NCBI GenBank assembly: GCA_030141605.1 | Contig: JAQGDQ010000046.1 | Location: forward strand, 310,001 to 374,000 | DNA from: Tubiluchus corallicola | Taxonomy: Eukaryota > Animalia > Priapulida | DNA: 64,000 bases | Direction: 5' to 3' | Part shown: one piece after another, positions 26,520 to 39,850 of the stretch | How positions within the stretch are numbered: position 1 is the first letter of the stretch | Layout of the letters: the number at the start of each line of letters is the position of its first letter | Made by a program: the position numbers and the translations under genes | Notes under the pieces: generated by a model | Told to the model about the DNA's origin: nothing | Database searches by the model: none | The model's input: the letters and a program-made list of their open reading frames with translations, nothing else

Positions 26520-26851
26520 ATACTATACTTACTATATTATACTATACTATAGTTAGTTGTACTATACTATGCTTAATTATACTATACTATACTATACTAT
26601 ACTATACTATACTATACTATACTATACTATACTATACTATACTATACTATACTATACTATACTATACTATACTATACTATACTATACTATACTATACTAT
26701 ACTATACTATACTATACTATACTATACTATACTATACTATACTATACTATACTATACTATACTATACTATACTATACTATACTATACTATACTATACTAT
26801 ACTATACTATACTATACTATACTATACTATACTATACTATACTATACTATA
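26520..26851 (+). repeat. (TACTA)n pentanucleotide microsatellite
   Basis: About 55 perfect units plus a degenerate start; explains the YYTIL-repeat ORFs. Confidence 0.98.
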
Positions 26852-27906
26852 CATTACTTAGTTGCACTGTTATAATGTGGCCGTAGTGTTGGTGGCAATG
26901 GTGGCGCTATATGATATATGGTATGGTATGACATGATATGATATGATAGGATGGCAATGATAATCGTGGTTGTGGTGCTGATGATGATGATGATGTCCGT
27001 AATGATGATTTGTTGCCTGTTTGTGAACCTAGTAACAAAGTGCCAAGAGGGCGAATGGTAATCTATTAATTTAAAACCTACGAAGTCCTTGACTTGCGAC
27101 CTTGATGCCAGCAATATATTAACCTCCAAGGATGTGATGTTCTGTTGTTGTTATTATGGTAATATATTACTTGGTTTGTCTGTAACACATATGAACGTTT
27201 GTCTGTAACACATGTTTCGTACCGCCTGCAGACATGGGAAAGCATGCAAACCCGCAGGTTTTAAGCAATTTATTATCTGATGTTAATGTAACCACGTCCC
27301 GCCCATCAACTCGGTTAATTTTCTCTCCTGCTCCATGACTTATAGCTACCTTACCAACAGTTTCATTGATTTCCATCGTATCATCACGTGCACCAGCTTA
27401 TAAAGTAAATATTATGGTCAGTTGCTTCTATAGCAATCACGGATCTATACAGTCTGTTTTCGCTCATTAAATTACCATGTCACATTCAGATTAAGGAACT
27501 AATGCGTTTAGCTTGTAGTTCCGTGGTGATGGTATCAGCTGTGGTAAAGCGGGACTTAGTGTAATTGTGTGTTTGACCTGGTTGTGTGCTGATTCTCATT
27601 AACTGACTAGCATAATTTGCTTTGACGTGTTGTAAAATATGGACAACGGAGGTGAGCACAGCTTTCATTAGCGCGTTTTCACTCTGGTGTTTTTAATTTC
27701 TTGTAACCTGGGTACGCTCACACCATATGCCGCATTGCCATGTGGGCCGGCGTGACTTGTAAGAGGCAGTTTGAAAATGCCCTAAGCCCCTTATCTTGCA
27801 CAATTCACCATCAACTGCTTACCGGCAACTTTATTGTCGTTTTTATGTTTTGTTTAACAGGTTTCTAATAAGCCACCATCAGTCTAAACCCGGGAAGCAT
27901 CTGCCT

Positions 27907-27920
27907 GTTTCCATGGCAAC
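27907..27920. promoter_or_regulatory. RFX X-box motif
   Basis: GTTTCCATGGCAAC matches the canonical 14-bp X-box; function is not shown. Confidence 0.4.
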
Positions 27921-29646
27921 GAGCCATTCTCCGATTTGTCAGGGTGTATAATTTCTTTTCTGACTGAAATAACATGAGCGTTATTCATTATGGGATATGT
28001 TGTTTGGAATCCGTTGTTAGGAAAGTGCTCATCTAGGCACAATCTTCTTTGCACATGTCTTAAAGGCTAATATTTTAAATTACTATTTAAACTTTTTTCA
28101 CTCTTTTTAAGTTGATCGGTTTAAATTGGTTCCGGAGAATTTTCTTTGAATGTCCTGTCATACTAAAGTCTGCTGTTTCCCTTTAGTTTCTAAGTGTATA
28201 CTGATCTTAATGACCTACATGTATACTGAACCTTTTTTATTCCTGTGGGTAAGCTGGATTATAGGTAGAGGGTAATCAATAGATTCTGACATTTTTCTTA
28301 TGACTTTGAGATTGTTATGTCACATTCTTCACAAATGAGACTAGTGGCCCAATATTTGCACAAAAATTGAGTACAAAAGGTCATGACAAAAGGAGACGAA
28401 ATTTTTTGCACGAGCAAATCAAAACTGCTGTGGCCAGCCAAAAATTTTGTATTTTGGTAGTCTTATTTTGTAGTAAGTCTTTTCGAAATAATTGGGGGTT
28501 TGTACATTATAAAATTTATTTTTAACACGCTCTAAAATTAGGTGACTAATGTCAAACATCATTACGCAGTGCAGTACATGTACTATTTTATTTGGCCCGC
28601 TGTTCTTATTGTTGCTTTTGTCATAATCGACTTCAACTTTTCAATTGTATGAGTGGTATGTAGAGTTTGTAGATTATTTTATTCATACGCTTTTATAATC
28701 TTACTAGACAGTATAATCACATTCACATGCGTTCATCCAAAATTGTAGATTTTCGGCATCCTATTCAAGATTCGGATAAGTAAAAACGATTTTCCTGTTT
28801 TGTTGAAAGCACTTGGCAATCTTGGATTGGTTTAATATTACTGAAAATGCATGAAAAAGCCGAGAGCCTCTAGCGTTGTCTGTGCTTAAAAAGAATTTTA
28901 AGTACTTTCCGATAGAGAGCCAGAAAGCCGCCGGGGAAATACATTTTGCACAAATAAAATCCTCATGTCATTTAGGTAGGCGGTAGGGGGGATATAATTT
29001 TAATTTTTGTTCGTTGTTTGTTTGTTTCCTCTTATAGGGAAAAGCCACAGAGCTAAAGAAAGGACACACATTAGGTGCTTTGCCTTTTTTGTGTCTAATA
29101 AAGATATAGCTAAAAATGTAAGAGAGTTCAGGTTATTTTGTAAAGATGTTTTAAAGTTTAATATTTTTCAAACGTAAGGTTTATATTTAAAAATCATTGT
29201 AATAGTATCTTTATCCAAATCAACTAGTTTAATTCATAAAAATAAAAACGTAGCTCGTATGGGGAAACAGCTTAGAAATTCAGAATATTCTAGAGCTGAT
29301 GAGGCTAGTTCTGCTGCTAATAAAGTAGTTTATCAAGAGTGGGAAGAGCTGATGAAAGGAGTACTTCTGCTATTATTATAGAAAATATGGATAGCCTTTA
29401 CAGTAAGCTATGTTGGCTTATAGTACTATATCCTGAGTCGAAAGGTGTTTTATTATACAGTTAATATCTGGGTAATACAGTTAATATACAGTACATTACA
29501 TGTATTAGGGCAGGGCTGAGGGTGTTTAGAACAGCTTACTGAACTGTATTAGTCTCAAGTTCTTATATATCCAAATCCCATCCTTCTTTGGAATACAGTT
29601 TTTCTTTCAGAGCTTCTCGAAAATCAGCAGAGTAAAGATTTGTTTT

Positions 29647-29711
29647 AATATATATATATATATATATATTTTAGTATATATATATATATACATACATATA
29701 CATATATATAT
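29647..29711 (+). repeat. (TA)n microsatellite
   Basis: Interrupted TA / CATA tract. Confidence 0.9.
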
Positions 29712-32559
29712 GGTTTATTACATATTTTTCTGACAACAGTCTCTTAGCCAGACTAGTATGCATTGTTACAGCTTTCATTTTTTCTTTCAAATTCAGTTTG
29801 GTGAAAAATGAGAATTTTCTTACAATGCCTGTACATTATTAGGAGTAATCTATATCCTACAAAATCCTATGTAAAGCCTGTTTTAAGCATTTTGTTACGA
29901 TAGTCACAACTTTTACAAAAGTTTCACTGCCACCTGGTGAAGCATTACACAAATTGCATTGTTATGGCTTTCCTTGCATGACACTTGTCTGGCCGTCTTA
30001 GCCTTAAGATTACAAGCACTATATAAAATTGAAAAAATTTGATTATAGTAAGATTAGTTTGTTTATGTATTGCATAGTGTACGTGCCGTCAGCGCTTTTA
30101 CATCACTGGTGTTGCCCTTAGACTAAATTATTATTTAAGTAACAAACGCTAATGTGTGACTGTTGTTTAGGTCTTGGTTTATACGTCATGGCTTTCACCG
30201 AAATGCACTGAGTAATAAAAGCTTAAATAGTCCACTATCACGTATCACGCGAGCAAATACTTTGTAATCCCTTGACAATTTCAATAACGGACATTGCTTT
30301 GTCTGTCCGCTAGGATCGCTGAAGGGCGTTGATTGTGCTTACTGGGTTCAAAATTGAATGTTTCAGAGAGACAACTGTATTTAATATAAAAATCTACTTC
30401 CATGTGTTTAAATAACCACTGTGTAGAAAGTTTGTAGCTTACAAGAATTCATATTGCCCGAGCGACTACTTTAAAACTGTCACAGTTCTAACAGTTTTTT
30501 ATTTATGCAGCATCATGTAGCGACTCATTTGTAGTGACTGTAATGCGACTATTAAGTATTTGTCAGCACTTAATGATTGTCTTCCCTTTAATTAAAAATT
30601 GGAAATTTTCTTGTAAATATGAGCAATCGTATACTTCGATTGTGGACACCCAACGTTTTTCAATTATTTACGTGGATATAGATTTATGCCGCATGTTTTC
30701 AGTGCACCAGCCAGAGCCGAGGCGGATTAGAGTTGTCTCGGAAATACAATCTTCATTTCTCTGCTTCTCATTACGCCAGACTTAAACCCGAATCCCCTGT
30801 TAGTGTTAAACGCAGTCACCCTTGAAAATTCTTAGCGACGAACGGGGCTTCATATACCTGCAAGGAGACTGACTCAAGAACCAAGGATGTCTATTTGATA
30901 ATTTTCTTACTGTTTACTTTTGTAAGCATAATACTTATTAATAAACGTTACGCGAATGTGTGATCGACAGTAAATGTATATATAGCCATATTATAGTGAT
31001 GCAAATATACTCTACTATGTTTACGTTTTAGAATTGGAAAGTGAAGTAAATAGCATTTTGAAGTAATAGGAGTAGTATATATCAGTCTGCCTAACATAAG
31101 AGCTTACTTATCTGTCTACTCTATTCAATGTTTTAGTAACGTACTTGCAGTCATTTTTAAAATTCCACCTTAGCTTACTACATTTTAGTAATGTAATCAT
31201 CTAGTATGCAAGCGCGTATTCTGAAGAATTTGGAATCAATTTTGCAAAGTATAATTCAGTACTGTTATCCCCTGTCCAAAGTCTGACTATAGTACAAAAA
31301 GTACAAGTTCTAATGAAAGTAGGCTCAAACAGTAGACTGCTGCGCACACGAACATCTTTAAAAATATTGACTTCTATTTTGAATATTTTCAACTCAAATT
31401 CTGCTTCTGCACATTCTTACAACACAGATTGCTCTTTTTCTGTATGATGCCCGCACTCTCTACGTAGCTTCAGAACTTTCTGTGTGGTGTTCTAATTACC
31501 ATAAAACCGGCTTCAGACGGTTTACTTTTTTTCTCCTGGAATTGTGCCAGATATTTCTTATTGATTATGTGTGTGCTTCTTCACGCATGTTAAATGTTCA
31601 TTGTTAACAGTTTGTATATCACCGCCACTTAGTTTTTGCAATAGTCTGTTTTTGATCACTAAACTGTGCTCATATTTACCTAGCAACGCTTAATGTCTAT
31701 TTATCGGAAATCCATTTTTTGGTCAGAGGATGGTCTTCCTATATGTTTCTTGTAAAATAAGAACTGACGTTGCTTCTCTGATTTGAAATACTTATAATGC
31801 ATTATGTTGTAAGAGTAGGGGATTAATCTCGCTTGGGGATTAAGTGTCAATAATTGGCTATCAGTGGTCAGGAACTTCCATCTAAATTCAATTTTTTTAT
31901 TACCTTATAGTATTCCATGGGTTAGCCTAAATATGGTTAGTTAGTTTGCATAGAAAATGATCAAAAAAGGCAAGGTGGTGAAAAACCCTGGCACCCTGGC
32001 AACAATGGTATTAGTAACTTGGGAGAAACAACTTGCTTTTTATAAGAAGATACATTTACTCACAAGGAAATTCAGCTATTATCAATATTATGGACAAAAG
32101 TTAAAAATGAATGGCACATACTATGCTTTTATGAATCCAAAAATGGTTGCAAAGCTAGCAAAAAATATCTAAATATAAAAGAATTCAGCAAAGTAACAAA
32201 TCAAAATGTAATAAAGCTATGAAAAAGCAATTCAACAAAACAACAGGGCAATTCAAAAATGCAACAGTATATGAAAGCTGTTAAAATATTTGTAGCAAAG
32301 CAAGCGAAAATGTCGAAAATAATAAACAGTTAAGAAGGTGGGTTAAACAAAGCAACATATCAAACCATGATGAGGCAATAAGAAGCAAATCAGCAGAGCA
32401 AGAAAGCAACTCAAAAACGCAATAGAAAAAGCAAATTATACAAACTCAGTCTAATGCGTTATGCAGGTATGCTTTAAATATAGTCTGTATATTATCAGGG
32501 AACTAAGCATACTATCTGTAAACTTAAGGGGGATGAAGAGTAACAAATATTTAAATACT

Positions 32560-33100
32560 TATCAAGGACAAACCAGCAACAGCAACATTAATGTAGCATT
32601 TATTTGAAGGATTATGCCTTTTGTACAAATTCATCAAAAAGTGTTTTATACTAGATTTCTGTTATTATTAAGAAATTTAGAATTTTATACCTGCCACCAA
32701 ATGTTATGAGATTTTACAGCAGGCTTGCATTATTTTTTCTTTTCTTTCTTTTTGGAAGGGCCTGTTCTTTGGACTGTTCTTATTTCAGTCACTGAAACAC
32801 AAACGCAAAGTGCAATTTTCACTGTTCTATATAGCCCTAATTTACAAAGTAATTTTCGTACAATTCTGAGAGAAGGTAGTTGTTTACTTTATCCATAAAT
32901 TTCAAGAGTTTTAGTTTGTGTGTCGAAGTTGACGATATGATGATGATGATGTGTACGATTCTTTTTTTGCTGTGGTTTTTAGGAGTTTTATATTTTAAAT
33001 AATTTTTATATGTTTTTATAGTATTGCCCCAGGAAATTATGCAATAGGTTAAGTGTGGGCATACTAATGTGTAAATGATGTCCGTGTCCAAGTGTAACAC
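32560..33100 (-). mobile_element. Highly decayed LINE ORF2 3' fragment
   Basis: IYTLVCPHLTYCIISWGNT resembles the post-RT LYYSLIYPHLTYC..WG motif of CR1/L2-group elements; boundaries are approximate. Confidence 0.55.
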
Positions 33101-34895
33101 AGCGTAACGTGTCCAATGAAGCTAGAATCTAAACTCAAAAAGTATTTTTACTACTGCTTAGTGCTTACCCATTCAAGGGATCTAATACTCACAGAAAGCG
33201 TATAGGCTACGTTGTTGGAGAGGATTTAGTTCCTAACCTCCACTACAGAGTTATTATTATTTCATTGTCCTCGTCTTGCCTGTCGTGCAATGACCTTATT
33301 GGCAAATGTTTTTTCATCTCTCCGTCCGGGATACATAATGTATCAACCACAGTGAAAGCTATAAATTTCATAATGTATCAACCACAGTGAAAGCTATTAA
33401 GAAATTTAGAAGATTCAGGGCAGATCCATTAGTTCGCAACAGAACTCATGGGACTGTGCCTAAGACTCTACGTGCTTTCTGACTTCTTGTTGAGAGCGAG
33501 TTTCCATGTGTCAGTAGTGAAGGGGAAAAGCAGTTTGTTTACAAGACTGTATTTTCATAACACGTAAACGCTGTCTAACTGTTGTTGATTCAAAATGTTT
33601 TGTCTGCGCCAGTGTTGTAACACGGCTAATTCTCTTAGATATTTGTATTGCTGTATCTGCGAAGTAAACTCCCCCCCCCCGAAACGCTTACATCCTCTGT
33701 TTTCCAGATGATGACTTTCGTGTTTAGTGGAACTCGGTCTGTGTTTAATTTGTCCTAGTTTTCGCTGAGTCTCTAAGTTGTTTGGAATTACTGGCAGCCA
33801 TATACATAAAGTAGTGCTGACATATACGGGTTAATGTTAGGAAAACTGGAAGCTTAAAGACACAGAAAAATATGAACCTGTAACGTATGTATAAAGAACA
33901 TTGAACAAAATTGCGTTTTATGAGGGAGGACTGTTTCTTATTTAACTGATGAAAAAGTGGTTTAACCACGTTGGCGCTTCAGTAAATTCTAAATTTGTGT
34001 ACAAAGTTTGCATATTTGTTAAAATTTACCCACTTCATAATTTGATAGTGAAACACGTTACGAGAGCGAAACCATCATTGTTTGAACATTTTTTCGACTC
34101 TAAAATATCAATTTGCGTAAGTTGCATATAATAGTTCATCATCAGTGCCCGAAACTACAAAATTGCAACTAGAGTGTTACTTTGAACAAAACTGTGAATT
34201 TGAAAATTATGTGTATCATGTTGATGCGATGAGAGAACATGCGCTTTTTCAGCATGATGTCCAATCATTCAAGTGTGTCTTTCAGTCTCTGTCTCTTAAC
34301 CTGCACGTCTCTTTTTATGAGGCATCTTTTACAAGCTGCTGGACCCTTTATACTTGTTCTGGAAACGTATTTGATGAGTACGCACCGCATTTTGTCTTTT
34401 CAAACTTTCCATTCACAGGCAGTAAGTGAAGGCGGGTTTCTTATGTACAGAAGTGTAGATTCAGTGCCAAACTGCTACATGCTTATTGCTTAATTTGTTT
34501 GCCAATCCGTTTAGGTCCTGCGAAGTTGGGAAATAACTTCTGGGCGCGATATATTGCTCGCGCTGCTAAGTACCAATATTGCCCAGAAGGTATACATCAA
34601 TCATATGTTGAAAAATGTCCTCTGCAATCGCATGGTGGAAAAAAGGTGCCTTGATCAAATAAAAAGTGTGAGAGAACTGTAGAAACTTGTGATTGATGAC
34701 TGTCGACTAGGTGATGCGCTAGGGATTAGCTGGAATGACAGGACCAAGGGTTGTGAGGATGGTTTTGAGTAATAGCGAAAATTAGCATACAAAGAAAACA
34801 ACAAAACAAATGGAATTGCCGTTAGACAAAGAGAAGCTTAACTGAAAAAAGTAGAAGACCTATAGAGACGAGCGATTTACATTTGCAGAGACTAG

Positions 34896-35002
<107 letters not shown>

Positions 35003-38000
35003 GAATCGGCGACAAAAGTACGATTATATAGCTTCTTACTCTTGTTGGTTGAAAGTCTCTATTAAAACACAGTATTAAACAACATGTTTGTGCTTTTTCA
35101 TGTTTCGGGTGATTTTGTATACATAGGTGAGTTGAAAATGTCAGGCACTTCTTCACTGGTGGTTTATTATACAGAGGTGGTATGTGAGCGCTTCATAATG
35201 TAATGTCTAACGCGTGTATGCATTGATTCACACCCGGCGTGGGCGTGTTACATTACTTGCACGCAACGAGATCTCGTACGGTTCATAATGCATGCAATTG
35301 GCTTCATGCATAGGCAATAAAACGCAATGATTGAAACCAAACCTGCGCTTTATTTCCCGCGATTTTCTGAAAATTTTCTTCCTTTGCGATATGCCGAGTT
35401 ATAAAGTGAGTAAAATTAGGAAAATTTATGACTCATCTATCGGTAATTGGACGCCTGTCTGACTTTGAGTGCTTTTGATTTAATGCCAGCAAATTTGACG
35501 TTAAAAGTCTACAAGTTGCTTTATTACCAGGATTTTTAAATAAGCACTATGTTATTTAAGATACTATTTAACAGACTCTACATAAACACAAATAAATGAT
35601 TCAACATTTATTTGTTGTGTATTTTACATATTTTACATCACTAGGAATTATATATCTGCCGGACTAGGTAGACTTTCTGAAGAAATTCTGTGATATCTAA
35701 ATATCTAAGTTATTAAAACTTACCAATTGTGGCATTGATGGGCACTTTCTAGTCCGGTAACTTGAAGTGAACCGAATGAAAGAATTACTAGTACTCATCA
35801 TCATTGGTTGTACATAGTGATTTTTCATGGCTTCCTATTTTGTGAAAGAGAATCTGATACTTTTGAAAAGTCTAATGTAAACATTTACTGAAACAATTTG
35901 GTGTCTAATTTTTTGCAGATAAAATTTCAGAATGTTTTTCCAACTTGTTGTTGCTAGGTATTGAATTTTTTTATTGCGGGCTTAACTGCTTTTGCCGCTG
36001 CCACGTTTTATGAAGGTGGCTTAAGTAACGTTATTCTCCAGGTAGTTGGTTATTTATTATCCTCAAATATTCTGCTCTGTGGTGTGTTTGTTACAGAAGT
36101 ATTTAGTGTTGAGGCTTAAAATGAAGAAAGTTTATGTGCAACAATTGCTGCTTTGAGCTGTCTTATGATTGTTTCTTAAGTAAATCAGTAATTCAATAAA
36201 TACGTAAGTAATTGTAAGTGGATTAAATTATATTACATGAAGAATTAGCTCACATGGAAACTGTTGTCACTTACTGAGTGAAAACAAGTGATTTTTTTAT
36301 AAACGAAATTAATTTTAAAGTTTATTCTGTATCATAAAATTTATGGCCATTTGGCAGCTCAACTTCCCTATGTACTTAACGTATTTATTTCTTTACTTAA
36401 TAGTTATTTATTTATTTATTTGTTTATATTTTGATTCAGCGAGCAGACTTCTTTTTTGTGCTTTGCGGTATTAGATTAATTTGAGTTGAAAAAAAAGTTT
36501 GAACCCTAGAGAAGTTTCTCTTGAAGTAATAATCTTACAACCACTATTTAGTTGCTATATACCTCATCGTAAGTCGTATTTCCCTATTTGCATTTTAAAA
36601 ACTACTACGTAAAAGACATTAGCAACTGTAATGTGAGCTTGCTCATCCGTAGTAATCTTGAAAAAGCATAACTTGTATAGATATGTAGCTTGTGCCGTTT
36701 CTGCCAATTACAGGATTGTATTATATAGATCAATGTCACCGCTGTCCTTTGCAAGATTGAAAAGATTCCAGTATTTGTTGGCATATACATCTGTCTCTCA
36801 CATTTCTGTCAATTACGGTCTTTCTCCGCACTGCATGCTGCAAAATTGATAAATAATGCGTCCAGGATAGAGATCCCTGCCATCATCTAATCACTATTGA
36901 TGTGGCAGACTTGATTTGAGCCTCCATAACAGGCAAACTTTTAAACACAGGATGCGAATATACGGAGGCAAGAAAAAATAATGTATGAGATATACCAGTG
37001 TTCACCTGCACCATGACTCAAAACAATATAGTTGATAGAGTTGGAGTTTTGTTTGCAAGAAACAGCTTTTCAGGGATTGCCCTTTAGGCCCCTTAAGCCT
37101 GATTCGAGAATTTGGATCTTGTCAATTTGAGGTTCTTTACTAATTATTTAGATAAATTGATATATATATATATATAAATTGGTTGTATATATTGTTGTAT
37201 ATGAACAGTTTGTTCCAGTTGGGAGGGAGGCAACACAAGGAAACATGGAACTAAATAAAATCAGCATTTTATTAATTTCAAATTCAACTAGGCCAGTTGT
37301 ATTTGCCCAAAAATGTGTGCACACATTTTGGTTTATATAATTTTTTACTTTTCTTTTGACTGAGGATAGACAATTCCTTTGGAGCTCATAAAAAATTCTT
37401 AAAAAACAACAGTTCTTATGTTGTCGTCTTACTTACTTCGAAGAGCTTTCAGTTGCAACCCAATTACATGCCACCAACTATTTTGGAATTGTCTTAATAG
37501 AGATAATTTAGTACCTTAATGCAATTCCCCTCAGTCCTTAAATCGAACAATTATCTGACTTCAACAAAACCCATCATTGCCAATGAAGTACTATATGGGA
37601 AGAGTACAGTTCATGTATTCCTAGTCAACGAAAGCCTATACAATCATTGTTCATTGATTAGTTTGTGACCCAGTTCTGTTATTATAGATTAGGGCATCTG
37701 GTATAAGGTAGCTTTCAGCATATATTGCCCAAGGGTTATTGCTTTTAATATATATATCACGCAAATTGACCACATCGGGATCTGAATGGTTTTGAATAAT
37801 TGACAGTTTCCTCTATACCTAAGATGGCATTACAGGAAAACATCTGAAAGAGGCACAGTAATGTATTGTATGTCTTGGCGTGCAGTGGAGCACTTACTTG
37901 CTGGAGAGCCTGGGAGAAACTGCATGCTGACTGTGGAGTGTGGATGATACAGTATTAGACATGTCAATGTCTATGTCAATTGACAAGTATTAGATTGGGA

Positions 38001-39819
38001 GTAAGCGCATTTAAAGTAGTAGCTGCTGGTGTTATGGACTTACTAAAGGATCATGCTGCTGTCACAAGTAACTTCAGTGCATTATAAATGAAAATGTAAT
38101 ATAGTGGTTAGTGCTTGAACATTAAAATCCATTCGATTCCTATTTATTTGCTACTAATTTAAGGCTTGTGATGGTCGGAGACTCTGGAAATGCCTGAACA
38201 TACTGGGAAATTCAGCTACTCAAAGATTACTACATCGTTTCTTTTTGATAGTGATTTAAAAAACTGTGAGAACTCATTTTGAAGTATTAAGGCTACATCT
38301 ACACTCAATTCTGTCAATTTAAAAGTTTTTTTGGAAAATGCAACCAATTAGAAAGATATCTTGCTACATTGCCACTGAGTGACTGCAGTACTGGACTTTC
38401 AAAAATGGCACTTAAGGAAGAAACTATAGTCTCCTTAAACAATTTCAGCACTTTGAAATAAAAGCCCACAGTTGAAAATACAGCGGACATCTAAAGATGG
38501 ATTGTCCTGCCTTTTTCTGCTTGCTCATGGTACTATTGTACTGTGCCGTGATGACGGTGATGTTCTTCCAGTTTATGTATGGTGTATCCCCATCTGAACA
38601 GAAAGCTGATGCTAAAGATGTGCCTGGACAAGTACCAATGCGAGTGTAAACCAGGTCTTTCGAGAGTTTGCTATTTTCAAATGAGAAATTTGAAATGGTA
38701 TTTATACTCAGTAGAGCTTTGTGCATCATTTAGTACGCATGGCCAAGCAGAATCGTTTTAGGACTATGGTTCTGGAACATTTAACGCAAACACAATACAG
38801 TTCAAGAGGTACATTTTTTGTGTTAGTTGTGATATTATCTCACCATATCCCGTTTTTGTTATATTTATGTGTATTACATGAAAATTTGTTTTTAAATGTG
38901 TAGTAGGTACTTATTAATTAGTTTATGAAAGGTATTGATGTTAATTCGTAGAGGTTTGTTCTAGATTTAGTGATTAATCTAATCTAGTTGCAGCTTAAAG
39001 CTGCATTGCATTTTTGATAAAAATGTAATTAAATTGTATAGAATTGTTTATAAGCAAGAAATTTTTATGGTCCATAACAAATTAGGAAACAGTGTCTTGG
39101 AGTGCTTAGCATAACGGTGAGCACGTTGTGATATTTGTCATATAACAAGAGTATAATAATAAAAACAAGAGGATAAGAGCATAATAAATACCAGAAAAAT
39201 GACATAAATCCTTGCTAAACTGGGATTTTAAATCGCATACTTCTCTTTGTTCTAGTAATCTTTCACAGTGGAATTTGCTTGTTACGGATACTGTCGAATC
39301 ATTAGCAATAACCTTATCAGGGAGCAGTGTTTGCTGTATTTATTATGTATTATGTATTTATGTGTACTAGCCCTATTCGAGCAAATGTTTGCATGCTGTT
39401 GCAAGTTCTATTATTCCGTGGGTCGAATGAGGAAATTAAAACTAGTTGAGCCTGCTTTTATCATAACTTTCATTTAGTAATGTGTGATGCATTCGCACCT
39501 GATTGTGCGTGAGGAAAAGTTTATCCAACCAATTTTCTAGTGCTTGTAATGAGCTGCTTTGCGTTTTCGAATAGTGTACTTAGGATCAACTGCAGCAGTA
39601 ATCCGTCATTTTAAAAAAAATTGTCACGTTCTAGCGAAATTTTAACTGAAAGATCGTTCAGGTATGGAAGTATTCATACGGTAGATAGCTAATATTTTGT
39701 TGCTATTTTCACAGGTGTTAGTAAAACTGCGATAAGGAGTGAGTCACTGTGATGTTGATGATGATTACTACAGCTAGTATTCATTTAATGTGGATGAACT
39801 ATCTCATTTTGTCAGCAAG

Positions 39820-39850
39820 ATGAAAACCTCAGACACCATGAAACCAGAAG
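39820..39850 (+). CDS. CAMTA: CAMTA putative first coding segment (in exon 39715-39850)
   Basis: [10 protein letters not shown] then g|gtaatg (phase 1, fits the next exon); in-frame stop upstream; acceptor ttcacag ends at 39714. Confidence 0.55.

Noticed and set aside
26492-26886. ORFs encoding YYTIL repeats
   Set aside because: Translation artefact of the (TACTA)n microsatellite.
31815-31845. Paired GGATTA (K50 homeodomain) sites
   Set aside because: The hexamer is expected many times by chance in AT-rich DNA, and there is no independent support.
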